Source: Felis catus (Eukaryota). Taken from it: a DNA stretch of 64,000 nt. The position numbers and the translations under genes were made by a program. The notes below the pieces were generated by a model. It did not search any database and had not been told where the DNA came from. It was given only the letters and a program-made list of their open reading frames with translations. This document shows positions 49,404 to 62,189 of this stretch, piece after piece (position 1 is the stretch's first letter; each line of letters begins with the position of its first letter). The stretch spans positions 9,734,001 to 9,798,000 of the forward strand of contig NC_058368.1 of the NCBI RefSeq assembly GCF_018350175.1, read 5' to 3'.

Positions 49404-49624
49404 GGGGCGCCTGGGTGGCTCAGTCGTCTGAGCGTCCGACTTCGGCTCAGGTCACGATCTCACGGTTCGTGAGTTCGAGCCCCGCGTCAGGCTCCGTGCT
49501 GACAGGTCAGAGCCTGGAGCATGCTTCGGATTCTGTGTCTCCCTCTCTCTCTGCCCCTCCCCCGCTCATGCTCTGACTCTCTCTCTTAAAAATAAACATT
49601 CAAAAAAATTAAAAAAAAAAAAAA
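49404..49624 (+). mobile_element. CanSINE (SINEC_Fc)
   Basis: TSD agaaaacaYgtcagact. Confidence 0.94.
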
Positions 49625-49772
49625 GAAAACATGTCAGACTAAACAGCTTTTTAAGAAAGGATACTTTTCATCAGTGATAATTAAGTCGAGTAAGGCCCCA
49701 TGGAAGAGAGGAGAATAAGATCAGAATTTTAGGCTAGGATTCTTGTGCTTTTAAGTACTATAAATTCTTAAA

Positions 49773-49991
49773 TTTTTTTTTTCTTTCCAACGTTTATTTA
49801 TTTTTGGGACAGAGAGAGACAGAGCATGAACGGGGGAGGGGCAGAGAGAGAGGGAGACACAGAATCCGAAGCAGGCTCCAGGCTCTGAGCCATCAGCCCA
49901 GAGCCCGACGCGGGGCTCGAACTCCCGGACCGCGAGATCGTGACCTGGCTGAAGTCGGACGCTTAACCGACTGCGCCACCCAGGCGCCCCC
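49773..49991 (-). mobile_element. Young feline SINEC_Fc
   Basis: TSD aagtactataaattct. Confidence 0.95.
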
Positions 49992-50143
49992 AAGTACTAT
50001 AAATTCTAAAAGAAATTTCATGTAGAAAAAAATGAAAATATATATGTATATATATTTATTTTTACTGAATGTGAAACAGAGCTGCTATATACTTCAAAAA
50101 GGAGGACTAACCTTAGGATCCCATCCAACTTTCTGCTCTAAGT

Positions 50144-50337
50144 CAGTGGTTCTCAAACTTTAGGAGGTTTTAGGAACTACTGGAAGGCTTCATAAAGCAC
50201 TGATTGCTGGACCACAGCCCCAGAGTCGCTGGTCCACAGGCCTGGGGGGTGGGGGTGGGGGGCCAAGAATGCAATTCTAACAAGTTCCCAGGTGACGCTG
50301 AAGTTGCTGGTCCAGGAACCCTATTTTGAGCACCGCA
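50144..50337 (+). mobile_element. MER5A-like hAT-Charlie DNA transposon relic
   Basis: cagtggttctcaaactt...tctaacaagttcccaggtga...tttgagcacc terminal pattern. Confidence 0.85.
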
Positions 50338-50934
50338 GAGAATCTAACTCTTATACCGACTCCCTTGAGATTCTCACTCAACAGGTCTGGGAAAAGCTGC
50401 AGAGGTGGTTTTGATGTGTGCCAGTCTCCGAGATCCCATTTAGCTCTAAAGCTCCGTGCTTGGGGATTTTTGTCACAGGAGATCCTTGTTCTGGCTCTGC
50501 ATCTCAAATCCTCTGCAGTTCCCTCCCTGGGTATTTCAGCACACGAAAGCAGAGCCAGAATGCTCAGAGAATGAAGGTGGGAGACAAAAACTTGGTTTCA
50601 CAGCTGTTGGCAGAATTTGCAGAAGGAGAAAGCCGGAGCCTGAAACTACAGATTGTCACTTCTCTTGCTCCCGCCTCCATCCAGAACACGGGAAATGCCG
50701 CGTTGGCCTCGTTGACCATCGGTGTTAATGAGAGGATGCCCAGAACTCTGCAACTACCATACGACTTCTATGTCCCTTTGTTTCCTTGTCTGTTGGTTTT
50801 AAGATTCAATTTGCAATCAGCCGTAAAATGTGCTCTGGAAGAGTGGTCAAGAGTGATCTTGTGGAGTCAGATGGATTCAAGTCTTAGCTCTGTCATTTGT
50901 TCCTGAATGACTCTGAGAGGGTTATTTGATATTT

Positions 50935-50957
50935 CTTTTTAATTTTTTTTTTTTTTT

Positions 50958-51006
<49 letters not shown>

Positions 51007-51172
51007 CAAGTGGGAGAGGGGCAGAGAGGGAGGGAGACACAGAATCCGAAGCAGCTCCAAGCCCTGAGCTGTTAGCACAGAGCCCGACGCGGGGTCTGAA
51101 GTCATGAACCGCGCGAGATCATGACCTGAGCCAAAGTCGGATGCTTAACCGACTCAGCTACCCAGGCGCCCC
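50935..51172 (-). mobile_element. CanSINE with expanded (GA)n, inserted in a MIR
   Basis: TSD gttatttRatatttct; MIR-like flanks. Confidence 0.9.
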
Positions 51173-51792
51173 AGTTATTTAATATTTCTAAACCTCAGTT
51201 GCCTTTTCTATAAGATAAGCAATGGCTCCACCTTCTACATATCATTGTTGTCAGGGGCGAATGAGACAATGTACAAAAAGCACACAGAGTAAGGGGTCAT
51301 AAACCACAAACAATCCTTAACTGCTAACAAAAATTCTACGCAAGTCCGAGAACAGGTGTCAATTTTAACGTTTGAGAAGCTAGAATTACACTAAATATTT
51401 ATTGATTGATTTGTGTGTTTGTATGTTTATTATTTGGCCCTGGCCCCCCGGGCCTGGACTCACTACCATTATTTTTCAATGAGACAGCTAAGAGAGGTTT
51501 ACCTTCAACTTAGAGGTTCCCACCCCCCTCATGAGCTACTCTGAATAAGTACCAAATATCATCAAATATAAGACCTCTGATCCTAAGACGCGACACTGTA
51601 TTATGTGGCGGTTAAAAAAAATGTTGCCAATTAAACTATCAGATGATGCTTTCTTATCTGTACTTGCAATTTTCATTTCAGACCCTATGAAGTCGCTCTT
51701 TCAGACTTCGATTTTTAAAACATTTATCATCCTTTTGCCCACAGAAAAAGGAAACCATAGGCAAAATAAAGTCATTTAAAACGTTCCTACGT

Positions 51793-51997
51793 GGGGCGCC
51801 TGGGTGGCTCCGTTGGTTAAGCATCTGACTCTGGATTTCGGCTCAGGTCACGGTCTCACAGTTGTGGGATGGAACCCTGCGTAGGCTCTGCCTGAGCGTG
51901 GAGCCTGCTTGGGATTCTCTCTCCCTTTCTCTCTGCCTCTACCCCCTTGTGCGTATGCTCACTCGCTCTTTCTCTCTCAAAATAATGAATATTAAAA
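51793..51997 (+). mobile_element. Older CanSINE
   Basis: SINE head, (CT)-rich body and tail. Confidence 0.88.
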
Positions 51998-52557
51998 GAA
52001 ATATTCCTATGTTGTCTTCATGCTCAGTGCCCCCATCTTCCGAATCCCTTGTTTGACTCAGAGTGTGTGTCATTGCTTATTAACTCCGTATCACCCTTGG
52101 TACCGTCGGGGGTACTGGTGAGGCAGCATTTCTTAAGAGAATCCTACAGTACTAAACGCTCTCGGGGCTGCGCTGTTTGTTGGCCTAGTTTTGATTCCTG
52201 CCTCAAGAATACCGCCAAGCATGTGATGACTTCTCATTTTCCCCACTCCCTCTCCCATAAGCATTTGGCTCTTGGGGTTTAAAGAGGGCTTCACCCTTCC
52301 TTCTGGGAGTTGGCTGCAAGCAACGGACACCCATTTCCCAAGTTTGGACACTGCTGCATTTGAGGTTCATGGACATGTAGGTAATGACGGCTGTGGCCTG
52401 GCCAACAGACTGTGAGGCATCTTCGATCATAAGGTGGTGCATCGCGATTTTACAGACGTTGGGGTCAATCAGGCCCTGAATGGAACCCGGCTGAGATTCC
52501 GCTCTGGTAAGCGCAGAAAACACAGGATTACTATTTAACGGCCTTTGCCTTGCACTA

Positions 52558-53285
52558 ATTTTTTTTTTCCATAACAGCTTTGTCGAGATAAAATTCACAT
52601 GCTCTACAATTCACTCATTTAAAGTGCAACATTCTATGCTTTTCAGTATCTTTGTGATGTATACCAATAAATCAATTTTAGAACAATTTCATCACCCCAG
52701 AAAGAAATCCTGGACCCATTAGCAACCTCTCCCCATTCTTCCCCCAACTCCCAGTGCTCTGGTAATTAATCTACTTTTCCTCTCTACGGATCTGCCTCTT
52801 CTGGGTATTTTAGATACACGGAATCACGATATGCGGCTCCTCTCACTTTGCATAACGTTGTCAAGGTTCACCCGTGCTGTAGCCTGTATCAGTTCTGCAC
52901 ACCCTTTTCCCGTTGACTAATATTCAACTGTATGGATATACCACATTTGATTTATCTACTGGAACCGATGGACGCTTGGGTTGTTTCCACTTTTTGGCTA
53001 CCGTGAATAATGCTGCGAGCATTCATGTGCAGATCTTTGTGTAAATGGATGTTTTCATTTCTCCCGGGCACATCCCCAGGAGTGGAATTGCTGGGTCTTT
53101 CAGTGACTCTATGTTTAACTGTTTCAGGAACTGCCAGACTGTTTTCCAAAGCAGCTGTACCATTTTACAATCCAGCTGGCAAAATATGAGGGTTCCAATT
53201 TCCCCACATCCTTGTCAACATTTGTTATTATCTCGTCTTCTTGCTTATTGCTGTCCTGGTGGGTGTGAACGAGTATCTTCATTGT
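52558..53285 (-). mobile_element. Old L1 (L1MB-like) 3' end
   Basis: gggttgtttccactttttggct...ggagtggaattgctgggtc...aggaactgccagactgttttccaaagc. Confidence 0.88.
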
Positions 53286-54799
53286 GGCCAACGCACTTAT
53301 TTTTAAAGGATTTCTCCCTTGCGTTTGCTCATTCGATCCACACAACATCTGTCCCCATTCCTTACCCACAGTCAAGGAAGCAAACACGAAGCCTGATTCA
53401 TTGACTTGCTCAAGATAGCTCAGTTAGAGACAGCACGTCAACTAGTAAGATGCTTCTTCGATTCTGGGCCCATTGCTGTTTCACCACAGCAGGCCACTGG
53501 AACCTCAGGAGAGCTATCTGCTACAGAGTGGGGACAAGGGCGATGACAGATCTGGGGTAAGCTGGGGAGTGTGGGGAGGACGCAGCATGGCGCCACCCCG
53601 TGAGATGCTGTGATACCGCTGCTGGCTTTCACAAGGCGGCAACAGCTAGTAAACCACATTGGCCAGGAACAGCTCACTAAGACGAATCTGATTTTGGGAA
53701 AAGGCCCGGTTGTAGCTTGCGAGGTACAGAGGCAAAACAGAATCTACGACTTGCAGCAAAGTCTATGGGGCGGTGTTCACAGCTTGTAGTAAAAGGCTGT
53801 ACAATCCAGGTTGGTCTCTTTTGGGCACATCTGTTCTTGGAATTACGACATTGAGGAAGAATAATATTCTAGCTCTGCCCCTCCCCCCCCCCCCCCCCAG
53901 AAGGAATAGATGTCAGCCTCAGTTGGTAAGCGGGATTCATTACTTTCCGTGTTCGTGAACTGAGAGTGCGAAAGAATTTTTGCTGATGCTTACATTTTCT
54001 ATTCATGAACTATCTCCTTTATGTGCAAAAAAAATCAATATTTTATGAAATGATCTCCTTGGAGGTTATAAGCTCTACAGCACCACTCTTTTCTAGTCAA
54101 AGAAAATCTGTATGTTACTAAACCCCAGCCGAGCGAGGGTAAAAGGCCTCTAAACGGAGAGCTTCCTTACCTCACTAGCAAAGTCAACTTCTCAACACTG
54201 GACCGTGACCTTGTGTTGGGTTTACAGAGTCCAGCAGGTCGATGAGCGTGTGGTGTATCTATTGAAACCAAAAAAAATTTTTTTTTCAGGATTTGTCCAA
54301 AAGGTGCGTTCCATTCTTAGCATAGGAACAACAACAAAGAGATGTTATTGAGAGGGCCCACTCACTCTCTGCAGAGGCTGGTGTGGTTCAAAGCACTGGA
54401 ATCCTTTTCATATCTGACACCTGCTAAGGTCATCCCGATCATGCCCACCGCAGCTGCTACCTGTGGCCCCTGGCACCGCTTTTGTTCTTGTTGGGCTTTT
54501 TTGGTTTGTTTGCTTTGTTTCAAACTGGAAGGCAGTACCTCTCAACATTAAAGAACCTACGTCTAACAACTTTTAATTATCGTATTTCGTTTCCAAACCG
54601 CTGTCTACACTTGAAGCGATGTAGGGGTCGTTGACATACACCTGCGATTTTGCATTTTGCTTTATTGACCTGACATAAAATCATGAATGCTTTCCATTTT
54701 ACGTTTTTTTTTTTTCCATAAATATTTTAGTGGCTGCATAACACCCTGTCATCATCTGTTACACATTTTCCTGGCGTGGGACACGAAGGTGGCTTCCAG

Positions 54800-55088
54800 A
54801 AGGCCCATCTATATGCTGTCCACAAGAGCCTCGACTTCGGATGTAAGGATACATGCGGACGGAAAGTGAAGGGATGGAGAAGGAAATAAAAAGAGAGCCG
54901 AAGCAGCTATGCTTACATCAGACCCAACAGACTCTAAGACAAAGACTGTGATAAAAGACAAAGAAGGGAATTATGTAATGACAAAGGGGTCAATCCAACA
55001 AGAGCACATGCCATTGGTAAATATTAACGCGCCTAACACAGGAGCACCTAAGTATGTAAAGCAAATATTAACAGACCTAAAGAGAGAC
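54800..55088 (+). mobile_element. Isolated L1 ORF2 endonuclease-domain fragment (pseudogenised)
   Basis: PSICC.QE...KVKGW and KDKEGNYVMTKGSIQQE...NINAPNTGAPKYVKQILTDLK motifs; frameshifted. Confidence 0.9.
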
Positions 55089-56354
55089 GGCGGCTTCCAG
55101 GTTACGTCCTCGAACAGAAGGAATCTCTTCTGCTCCTCTTTATTATTTCATTAGGACCCGTCCTCCTAGAAGAAAGTTCGCATTTACCGAACACCTGCTG
55201 TATACCGCTGACTTGATGGGAACCACTCATTAATTCCCCAACTCTGCGAGAGAGTATTTTTTAATTCCCAATTCGCAGGGGAGAGAGTACCTAACACTGC
55301 TCGGCACAGAGTAAGACCTCAGCACTTGCCAACAGCGAGAACTACTGCCGTGGCCCCGCCTCCACCGTCACCGCTAAGGTACTTGGCCCAAGACAGAGAC
55401 CAGAAAGGGGCCTGGTCTGCCTGATGCCAAAGGGCCTGCGTTCCCACCCCCGGCTGTACCACACTGCCTTCCCGTGGCGGGGCCAGGTCAAAGGATCGAG
55501 CACCTTCATTCTCTCGCTGTGTTCCACCGTCGTCTTAGCGATTTAGAAATACTTGGTGCTGTTTTGTCTCAGCTTCTCAGGTCACAGTCAGCCTGAGGTC
55601 TGTGCTCCCAGAAGTCACTCATCCATCGCTTATCTCGATGTTTCCAGCACATCCTGCTGAGGGTCCTTTTCTGTGCATCCCAGAGCCGTGCAGGCTTCCG
55701 GGACAGGTAGGTCAAGAGGGTGGCCGAGGGCCTGCACGTTGGCAAGCAGCCGAGGTACTGGGCAGCTCAAGAATCCTCACCACAGTAGGGTCTATAGTGG
55801 CTGTGGGTCCGGTGCTGAGTCTCCTTGCTCTCCAGGGGGCGGTAGGAGAGAGAGCTGGGAAGAGTATTTCTCTCAGAAGGGAGACAGGACCCTGCCTGGG
55901 GAGGTAACTGCTGGGACCCAGCAGGTAGGTCCATTGGTCCTTGTTTGCCAGAACTGAAGCCTGGGCTCTGAGAGAGACTTCGGGGAGAAAGGCGCCGGCC
56001 AGAGGCAGGACGATGGACAGAGCCTTCAACCTACTCTCACCTGGCCCTTGAACTAATCCCAGGAGGCACTGCTTCCCCCTCCCTGTAGGGGACGGCCAGA
56101 CGCCACGTGACGTGGCAGTGTGATGGGGTGAGGAGAGCCTGAATACGGCAAGAGCTCCCACCACTGAGCCTCTTCTGACCCCCCTCAGAGGTCTGCTAGT
56201 CTGCAGTGGCTCAGGGGACTTGCTTCTAGGGGTACAATGGCATGGCCTGTCTTCTACCCCCTTGTCCCCTCATGGACTGTGGCTTCCTCAGTCGGCATCA
56301 CCACGTGGCATCCAGGGTTCCCTTAAATACACATGGAACAGAAGGCTCTGATTC

Positions 56355-57027
56355 CGAAAGGGGACCCCTCTTGTGCTGCTGGTGGGAATGTGAATGGGGC
56401 GGCCACTCTGGAAAACAGTATGGCGGTTCCTTAAAAAATTAAAAATAGAACTACCCTACGACCCAGCAATTGCACTACCAGGGACTTATCCAAAGGATAC
56501 AAAAATGCTGATTCGAAGGGGCACATGCACCCCAATGTTTATAGCAACGCTATCAACAATAGCCAAAGTATGGAAAGAGCCCAAATGTCCATCGACGGAT
56601 GAATGGATAATGGCATACTACTTGGTGATGAAAAAGAATGAAATTTTGCCATTTGCAGCAACACGGATGGAACCAGAGCATATTATGCTAAGTGAAATAA
56701 GTCAGAGAAAGACGATTATCATACGATTTCACTCAGATGTGGAGTTTAAGAAACAAAACAGATGAACACAGGGGAAGGGAAGGAAAAATAAGATTAAAAC
56801 AGAGAGGGAGACAAATCATGAGAGACTCTTAAAAAACAGAGAACAAACTAAGGGTTTCTGGAGGGGAGGTGGGTGAGGGGATGGGCTGAATGGGTGATGG
56901 GCATTATGGAGGGCACTTTTCGGGATGAGCACTGGGTATTATACTTAAGAGATGAATCACTGGGTTCTACTCCTGAAGCCAACACTACACTGTCAGTTAA
57001 CTAAGTTCAAGTTAAATGGAAAAAAAA
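56355..57027 (+). mobile_element. 5'-truncated carnivore L1 (ORF2 C-terminus and 3'UTR)
   Basis: PLWKTVWRFLKKLKIELPYDPAI...CTPMFIA...; TSD aggctctgattc at 56343 and 57030. Confidence 0.95.
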
Positions 57028-57984
57028 GGAGGCTCTGATTCTATGAGTCATACAGAGAGATGGGAATGGATAGGTGAGCCGTCCTTCACTGAGCTCCGAC
57101 CAGTGCCTTTTCTGGGACTATGCTGTGCCTCTTCATTTCCGTTATTCAAGGCTCAAAGAACGAGACTTCAAGGAAATAGTATCCCTGCTTACAGATACGC
57201 AAATCGAGACTTAAAAGTAACCTTCCCAAGGTCACATAGCCAAATATTTGGTGAAGCCATGGTTCAAAGTCAAACATGCCTAGTCACGAGAAACTTGTGT
57301 TCTCTCCCGATATTACAATGCCTTCCATAACCCCCAAACCTACACCCTCCCCATGCCCGACTTTACACATCAGACTTTTTAAAAAGCAAACCAGGTGTTA
57401 ATTATTTTTAAATTTTATTTGAAGCTGAGAACAACTGTTTAAAGAAAACTGTCAGTGGATTTATGTACTCTGGGAAAACTGAACTGGAGAAGGCAGACAC
57501 TTTTACGGCACCTCATCCGCATGTGGTCTTAACAACCTGATCCCAAACAGGGAACTCAGTGTGCTGCAGGGCCGGTGACACATCACTCACTTCCAAGGCT
57601 GTTTTCTACATAAAACTTTCCACTCGGGGCTTCCTTTGCCAGCAAAATGTAAATGTGCGCTGTCTTGTTTTGGGTGCAGGGGTGAAGTGGGTGATCGCGA
57701 ACCACTCACCCTCTTTCACAGTCAACCACATACTAGTTAGGAAAGTCAGAGGGGTGGGATAAAGGAAGTGAGTTATCACTTAGAAGGGGTAACTTAAGGC
57801 CTTCTCAGCCCAGAATCTTTCCCTTTTTAGGAAAACAAAGAAGATAACAGGGTAAGCTCGTCTACCTACTGAAGTACTAACCTATCACCTTCCCTTGCTT
57901 TTGATTGAGTTGACTCTTGCGTGAGTTAACACTGGTTGTCGCAGGTTGACCAGAAGCCCTATGTGCAAGTTACATTATGTATCT

Positions 57985-58016
<32 letters not shown>

Positions 58017-58118
58017 GGAATAATGAATTAGTTGTGAGCGCAGTGTGTTTGGAAGACATGAAATCTTAAGACATGAAGTCCGTGGGGGAAAAGCTGATAG
58101 GTATGAAAACAGAGGAGA

Positions 58119-58285
58119 GGGCTGCCTGGGCGGCTCAATCGGCTGAGCATCCGACTTCGGCTCAGGCCATGATCTCGCAGCTCGTGAGTTCGAGCCCCGC
58201 GTCGGGCTCTGTGCTGCCAGCTCAGAGCCTGGAGCCTGCTTCGGATTCTGTGTCTCCCTCCTTCTCTGCTCCTCCCCTGCTTGTA

Positions 58286-58336
<51 letters not shown>

Positions 58337-58377
58337 AAAAATAAATAAACATTAAAACAAAATTAAAAAAAACAACA
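58119..58377 (+). mobile_element. CanSINE (SINEC_Fc)
   Basis: TSD aacagaggaga; long (CT)n. Confidence 0.92.
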
Positions 58378-59229
58378 ACAGAGGAGAACCACTGGGCTTA
58401 CCTCAGGAAGCTGCAAAACAAAACAAAGCACAAAATTCCTTAACTAAGATCTGCGTGAGACTGCAATGTTTTGGGAGGTCCTGAGTAGTCACAAAGAATC
58501 ATGTCCTTTCCACAAGTAGGTCCCTCTGGATCCTAAGATGGAGAAACCAATAAGGGGATAAGAGGGGACCGAGCGATCACCAAAAAGCTGATGGTAAAGA
58601 TATCTGAACACTCTCTGCATTGAAGGCTCTGCCTACATTTTGCCGCGTTAACAAGTTTCTTTACAGAGGTTTCGAACGTGACCAGTTCAAGCAGTGATTC
58701 TAAAAGGAAGTTTTGTGAAGTCCCTGAGGCATATGAGGCACTGCTAGGTGAGGGGATGCAGGTTTGATAAACTGGTGTTGGCTCTTCCAGAGGCTGAATC
58801 AATACCGTGCCAGATTTCTGTGGGGAAGAGGACACAGAGAATAATGGACGAGATTTCCGTAGTTTCAGAAAAGGTTGAACTGGAATATTTCAGCCAGGTG
58901 AGGGACTGGGGACTGCTCAATCAGCAGCCGCACGGTTATTATTTCTATGCATAGAAATATGCCACCATCCAACCTGTCCTCCCCCACTGCCATGGATGTC
59001 CAAATAGGAAACCATGAATATACTAGATCATAACCATCTGCTCCGTCTGTTCTTCCTAATGCTCTATCCTGGACCACATTTCTAAGCATATTAATAGAAG
59101 AGTACCACCATTTAACCAGGAACGCAGACTCCAGACCAAACTTCCCACTGGATCTGCAGACACGTGTGACATTTCCCAACAGGTGTGGCAACAGAGATGT
59201 TCAATTTCACTCCAAGGAAATTCAAATGG

Positions 59230-59830
59230 AACAATCAGATCCATTTTTCATACATCGGGCTGGTGAGGACTTTAGGATGACGATAATTACAATACTGGTG
59301 AGGAGGTGTGGGGGGGGGAAAAGGAATTCATATAGTCACTGCTGGGAGAAGTGTAACTTAGGGCAACGTGACAACAATTATTATTCATGTAGGGATCTTT
59401 TGAACAACACTAATTCCACTTGTAAGAATTTATCCTACAGATCTGCTCACTGAAGTGGGCAATGATATATGTAAAAATATTTCTGGAGCACGGCTAGCAA
59501 TGCCAGAAATAGAACAATAGAAGGAATGGTAAAATAAATTATGATATACCTACGAAGGGTACTATTAGGTGCTTCTTCGAAAGGATGCACTGTAATTACA
59601 ACTTAATCTAGGGTATGGGAGGATACTTATTGGTCTACATGATATGATCTCATTTGTGTAACGAAAATACACACGGACGTTTGCATATGCACAGAAGTTC
59701 TAAAGACCATACACTGAACTATCTCCATTCCTGAGTAGCGGGACTGAAGAATGGGGACTTTCAGTTTTTACTTAATAAACTTCAGTATTGTTTAAATATT
59801 TAAGATGAGCTTAAATTGCTATTATAATTT
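59230..59830 (+). mobile_element. Very old L1 (L1ME-like) relic
   Basis: taattccacttgtaagaatttatcctacaga; gaatggtaaaataaattatg. Confidence 0.6.
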
Positions 59831-60382
59831 TAAAAATTAAAATGAATGACGGCATATCCTGTGAGGGGTGCCCCGAGCCCACTGGGTAAAGGGGAAAAGA
59901 GAACAGGCCTCAACTAGAATAATCAGTCTACCAGGAAGGAAAAATGGGTATATTTTCACCGAGAACCCCCAGGCACAATGGTGCCACTGCTACAGAAATA
60001 TTTGATTTGAAGATTCAGAACACCTATGCTGAAAGCAAATACTTACAGTAACTACTAACTACAAAGAGTGTCTAGGTATCTGCTCAGAATTACTACGCCA
60101 GGTAATACAAGCATGTGAATGCATATATGTATATCAAGCTAATTTTTTTCTAAATATAAAATTCACACATGCCCACTGTAAAAACAGAAAAACTGATAAA
60201 ACAGAAATTTAAAGTTCTTCGTAATTCTGACTTCAAGAAATTCCTATAGCCATTTCTTGACACATATCCAAAAATCTATGTATTCTTAAAACGGGATCAT
60301 GGTTTTACAACTTATTTTTTTCCCACTTAATAGTGCTGCAAATATCTTTCTATATCAGCAGATCTAGGCCTACCTCATTCTT

Positions 60383-60624
60383 TTCATTTTTTTTTAAGTT
60401 TTTTTTTTTTTTTAATGTTTATTTACAATTGAGAGAGAGGCAGAGAGAGAGACAGTGTGTGGGCAGGGGAGGGGCAGAGAGAGAGACAGGGACAGAATCG
60501 GAAGCAGGCTCCAGGCTCTGAGCTGTCAGCACAGAGCCCGACGCGGGGCTTGAACTCACGAACTGCAAGGTCATGACCTGAGCTGAAGTCGGATGCTCAA
60601 CCGACTGAGCCACCCAGGTGCCTC
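60383..60624 (-). mobile_element. CanSINE (SINEC_Fc)
   Basis: TSD ctacctcaYtc. Confidence 0.92.
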
Positions 60625-62189
60625 TACCTCACTCTTTTTAGTAGCTACATAGTATTCTGTTCTATTGATATATCATAATAAAAAAAAAATCAATCCCCTA
60701 TTACGGATTTACATGCTTCTAAAGTTTTGGTTCTGTAAGAAAGACTGCCAGCAACCATCCACGCATATGAATCTTGGCACGTGAAGACTTACATAGATAC
60801 CCTCCCAGAAGTGGAATACATAGAGCTTGTTTGACGGGGACATCAAATCTTCCCTACAACCCTATGAGATAGGTATTATTTCTCCCCATTTTTCCAGAAG
60901 AGGCGACTGGGGCTCAGAATGGCTTCTCAACTTTGTTAGTAAGTGGCTGAACTAGCCCAGATCCGCTGAGACTAAAACATGTACTCTTTCTGCTACATAC
61001 TGCATGGATCCACGTTCAGGGGGGTCGAGTGAAGCCTTCAACAGAAGCGAGGAGTGAGGCGGAGCAAAGGCTCTTGGAGTCAGTACCCCTTGTAACGTCC
61101 CCTGCGGGGAGGAGCTGGGATTGGAGCATGGGGAGACATCTGTGTCACCACAGCCTGAGGACTTCACAATACTGTGGTGCAGTCTGATGTGGCTCAATGT
61201 TAGGGCTTCCCGGTACTTTAGATCTGTAACAGAACCGTGCAGTTTCTTCTACACCAGTGTCTTTCACGCTTTTTGATTGCATTTCACGCTGTGACCCAGC
61301 ACACACACACACACACACACACGCAAGCAACTACAACCAGACTTCCACCTGCTGTCTGCAAAGCACTGTGAAATTTTCTCTTTCATTAAACAACACAAAA
61401 CCAAAACCAAACCCAAAACACCCAATGCTGGTCAAAACCCCTAGTTTGAAAACCCTCCGCCATATCCCGGAAGATACTGTCTTTATCTCCCCAGGTAGGT
61501 GGGCATGTGAAAAAGATTAAGGTCCATCCGAATTCCTCATTCCGGTATTTGATTCCTTTGTGAGCGGGTCCCCTTCCACCTTCTCATTCTCGGTCTCAGT
61601 CTAGTCACACCCTCTGGCCCAGGCCAGGCTCAGTCCTGTCTCTCATTTTAGCCTTACAAGCCTCCTCCTTTTGAAGGAAAGCTCTGTTTTGTCTACCCTC
61701 TATGGCTATCAATCCAAGCGCTAACATTCCTTAGACACCCCGTCTGAGTACAACCTACCCTGGACATTCTGTCCCACATTGTTCTCTTCCTTGTCTATCT
61801 CCCAAAGCTTAATACTCGAACCTGCATGTGGTGACACACGTTCGGTCTTGCATTGTTCCACGTGTGAAGCCAACCTCTTCAATGAGATCGTGAGCATCCT
61901 AGCGGCTGTGTGTGATTGACAGATTACGGGAGTGATGCGCTGTCTCAGTTTATCCATAAAGCATATAGGGTACTTCACGATAAGAGCATATACCACAGCA
62001 TACTAATAAAAAAGAAATGTGGATCGAGAATCTGGACCAGGAGAAACTTAAAGGAGAGAAAAAGTTCAAGGCCATGGCAAGAAAAGAAGAGAACATCAAC
62101 TTTCACATCGTGAAGGTCCACATCCATGGTTGTAGTTGAGCTCTGAATTTAGCTATCAATTAACTTACCTGACCATCAAAGGTAAAAGA

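Noticed and set aside
56394..56765. 123-aa ORF as a host gene
   Set aside because: C-terminal remnant of L1 ORF2 inside a TSD-flanked truncated L1.
57994..58016. Orphan poly(A) run (similar A-rich run at about 1525-1563) as a retrocopy tail
   Set aside because: No recognisable upstream retrocopy body or TSD; treated as a simple repeat.
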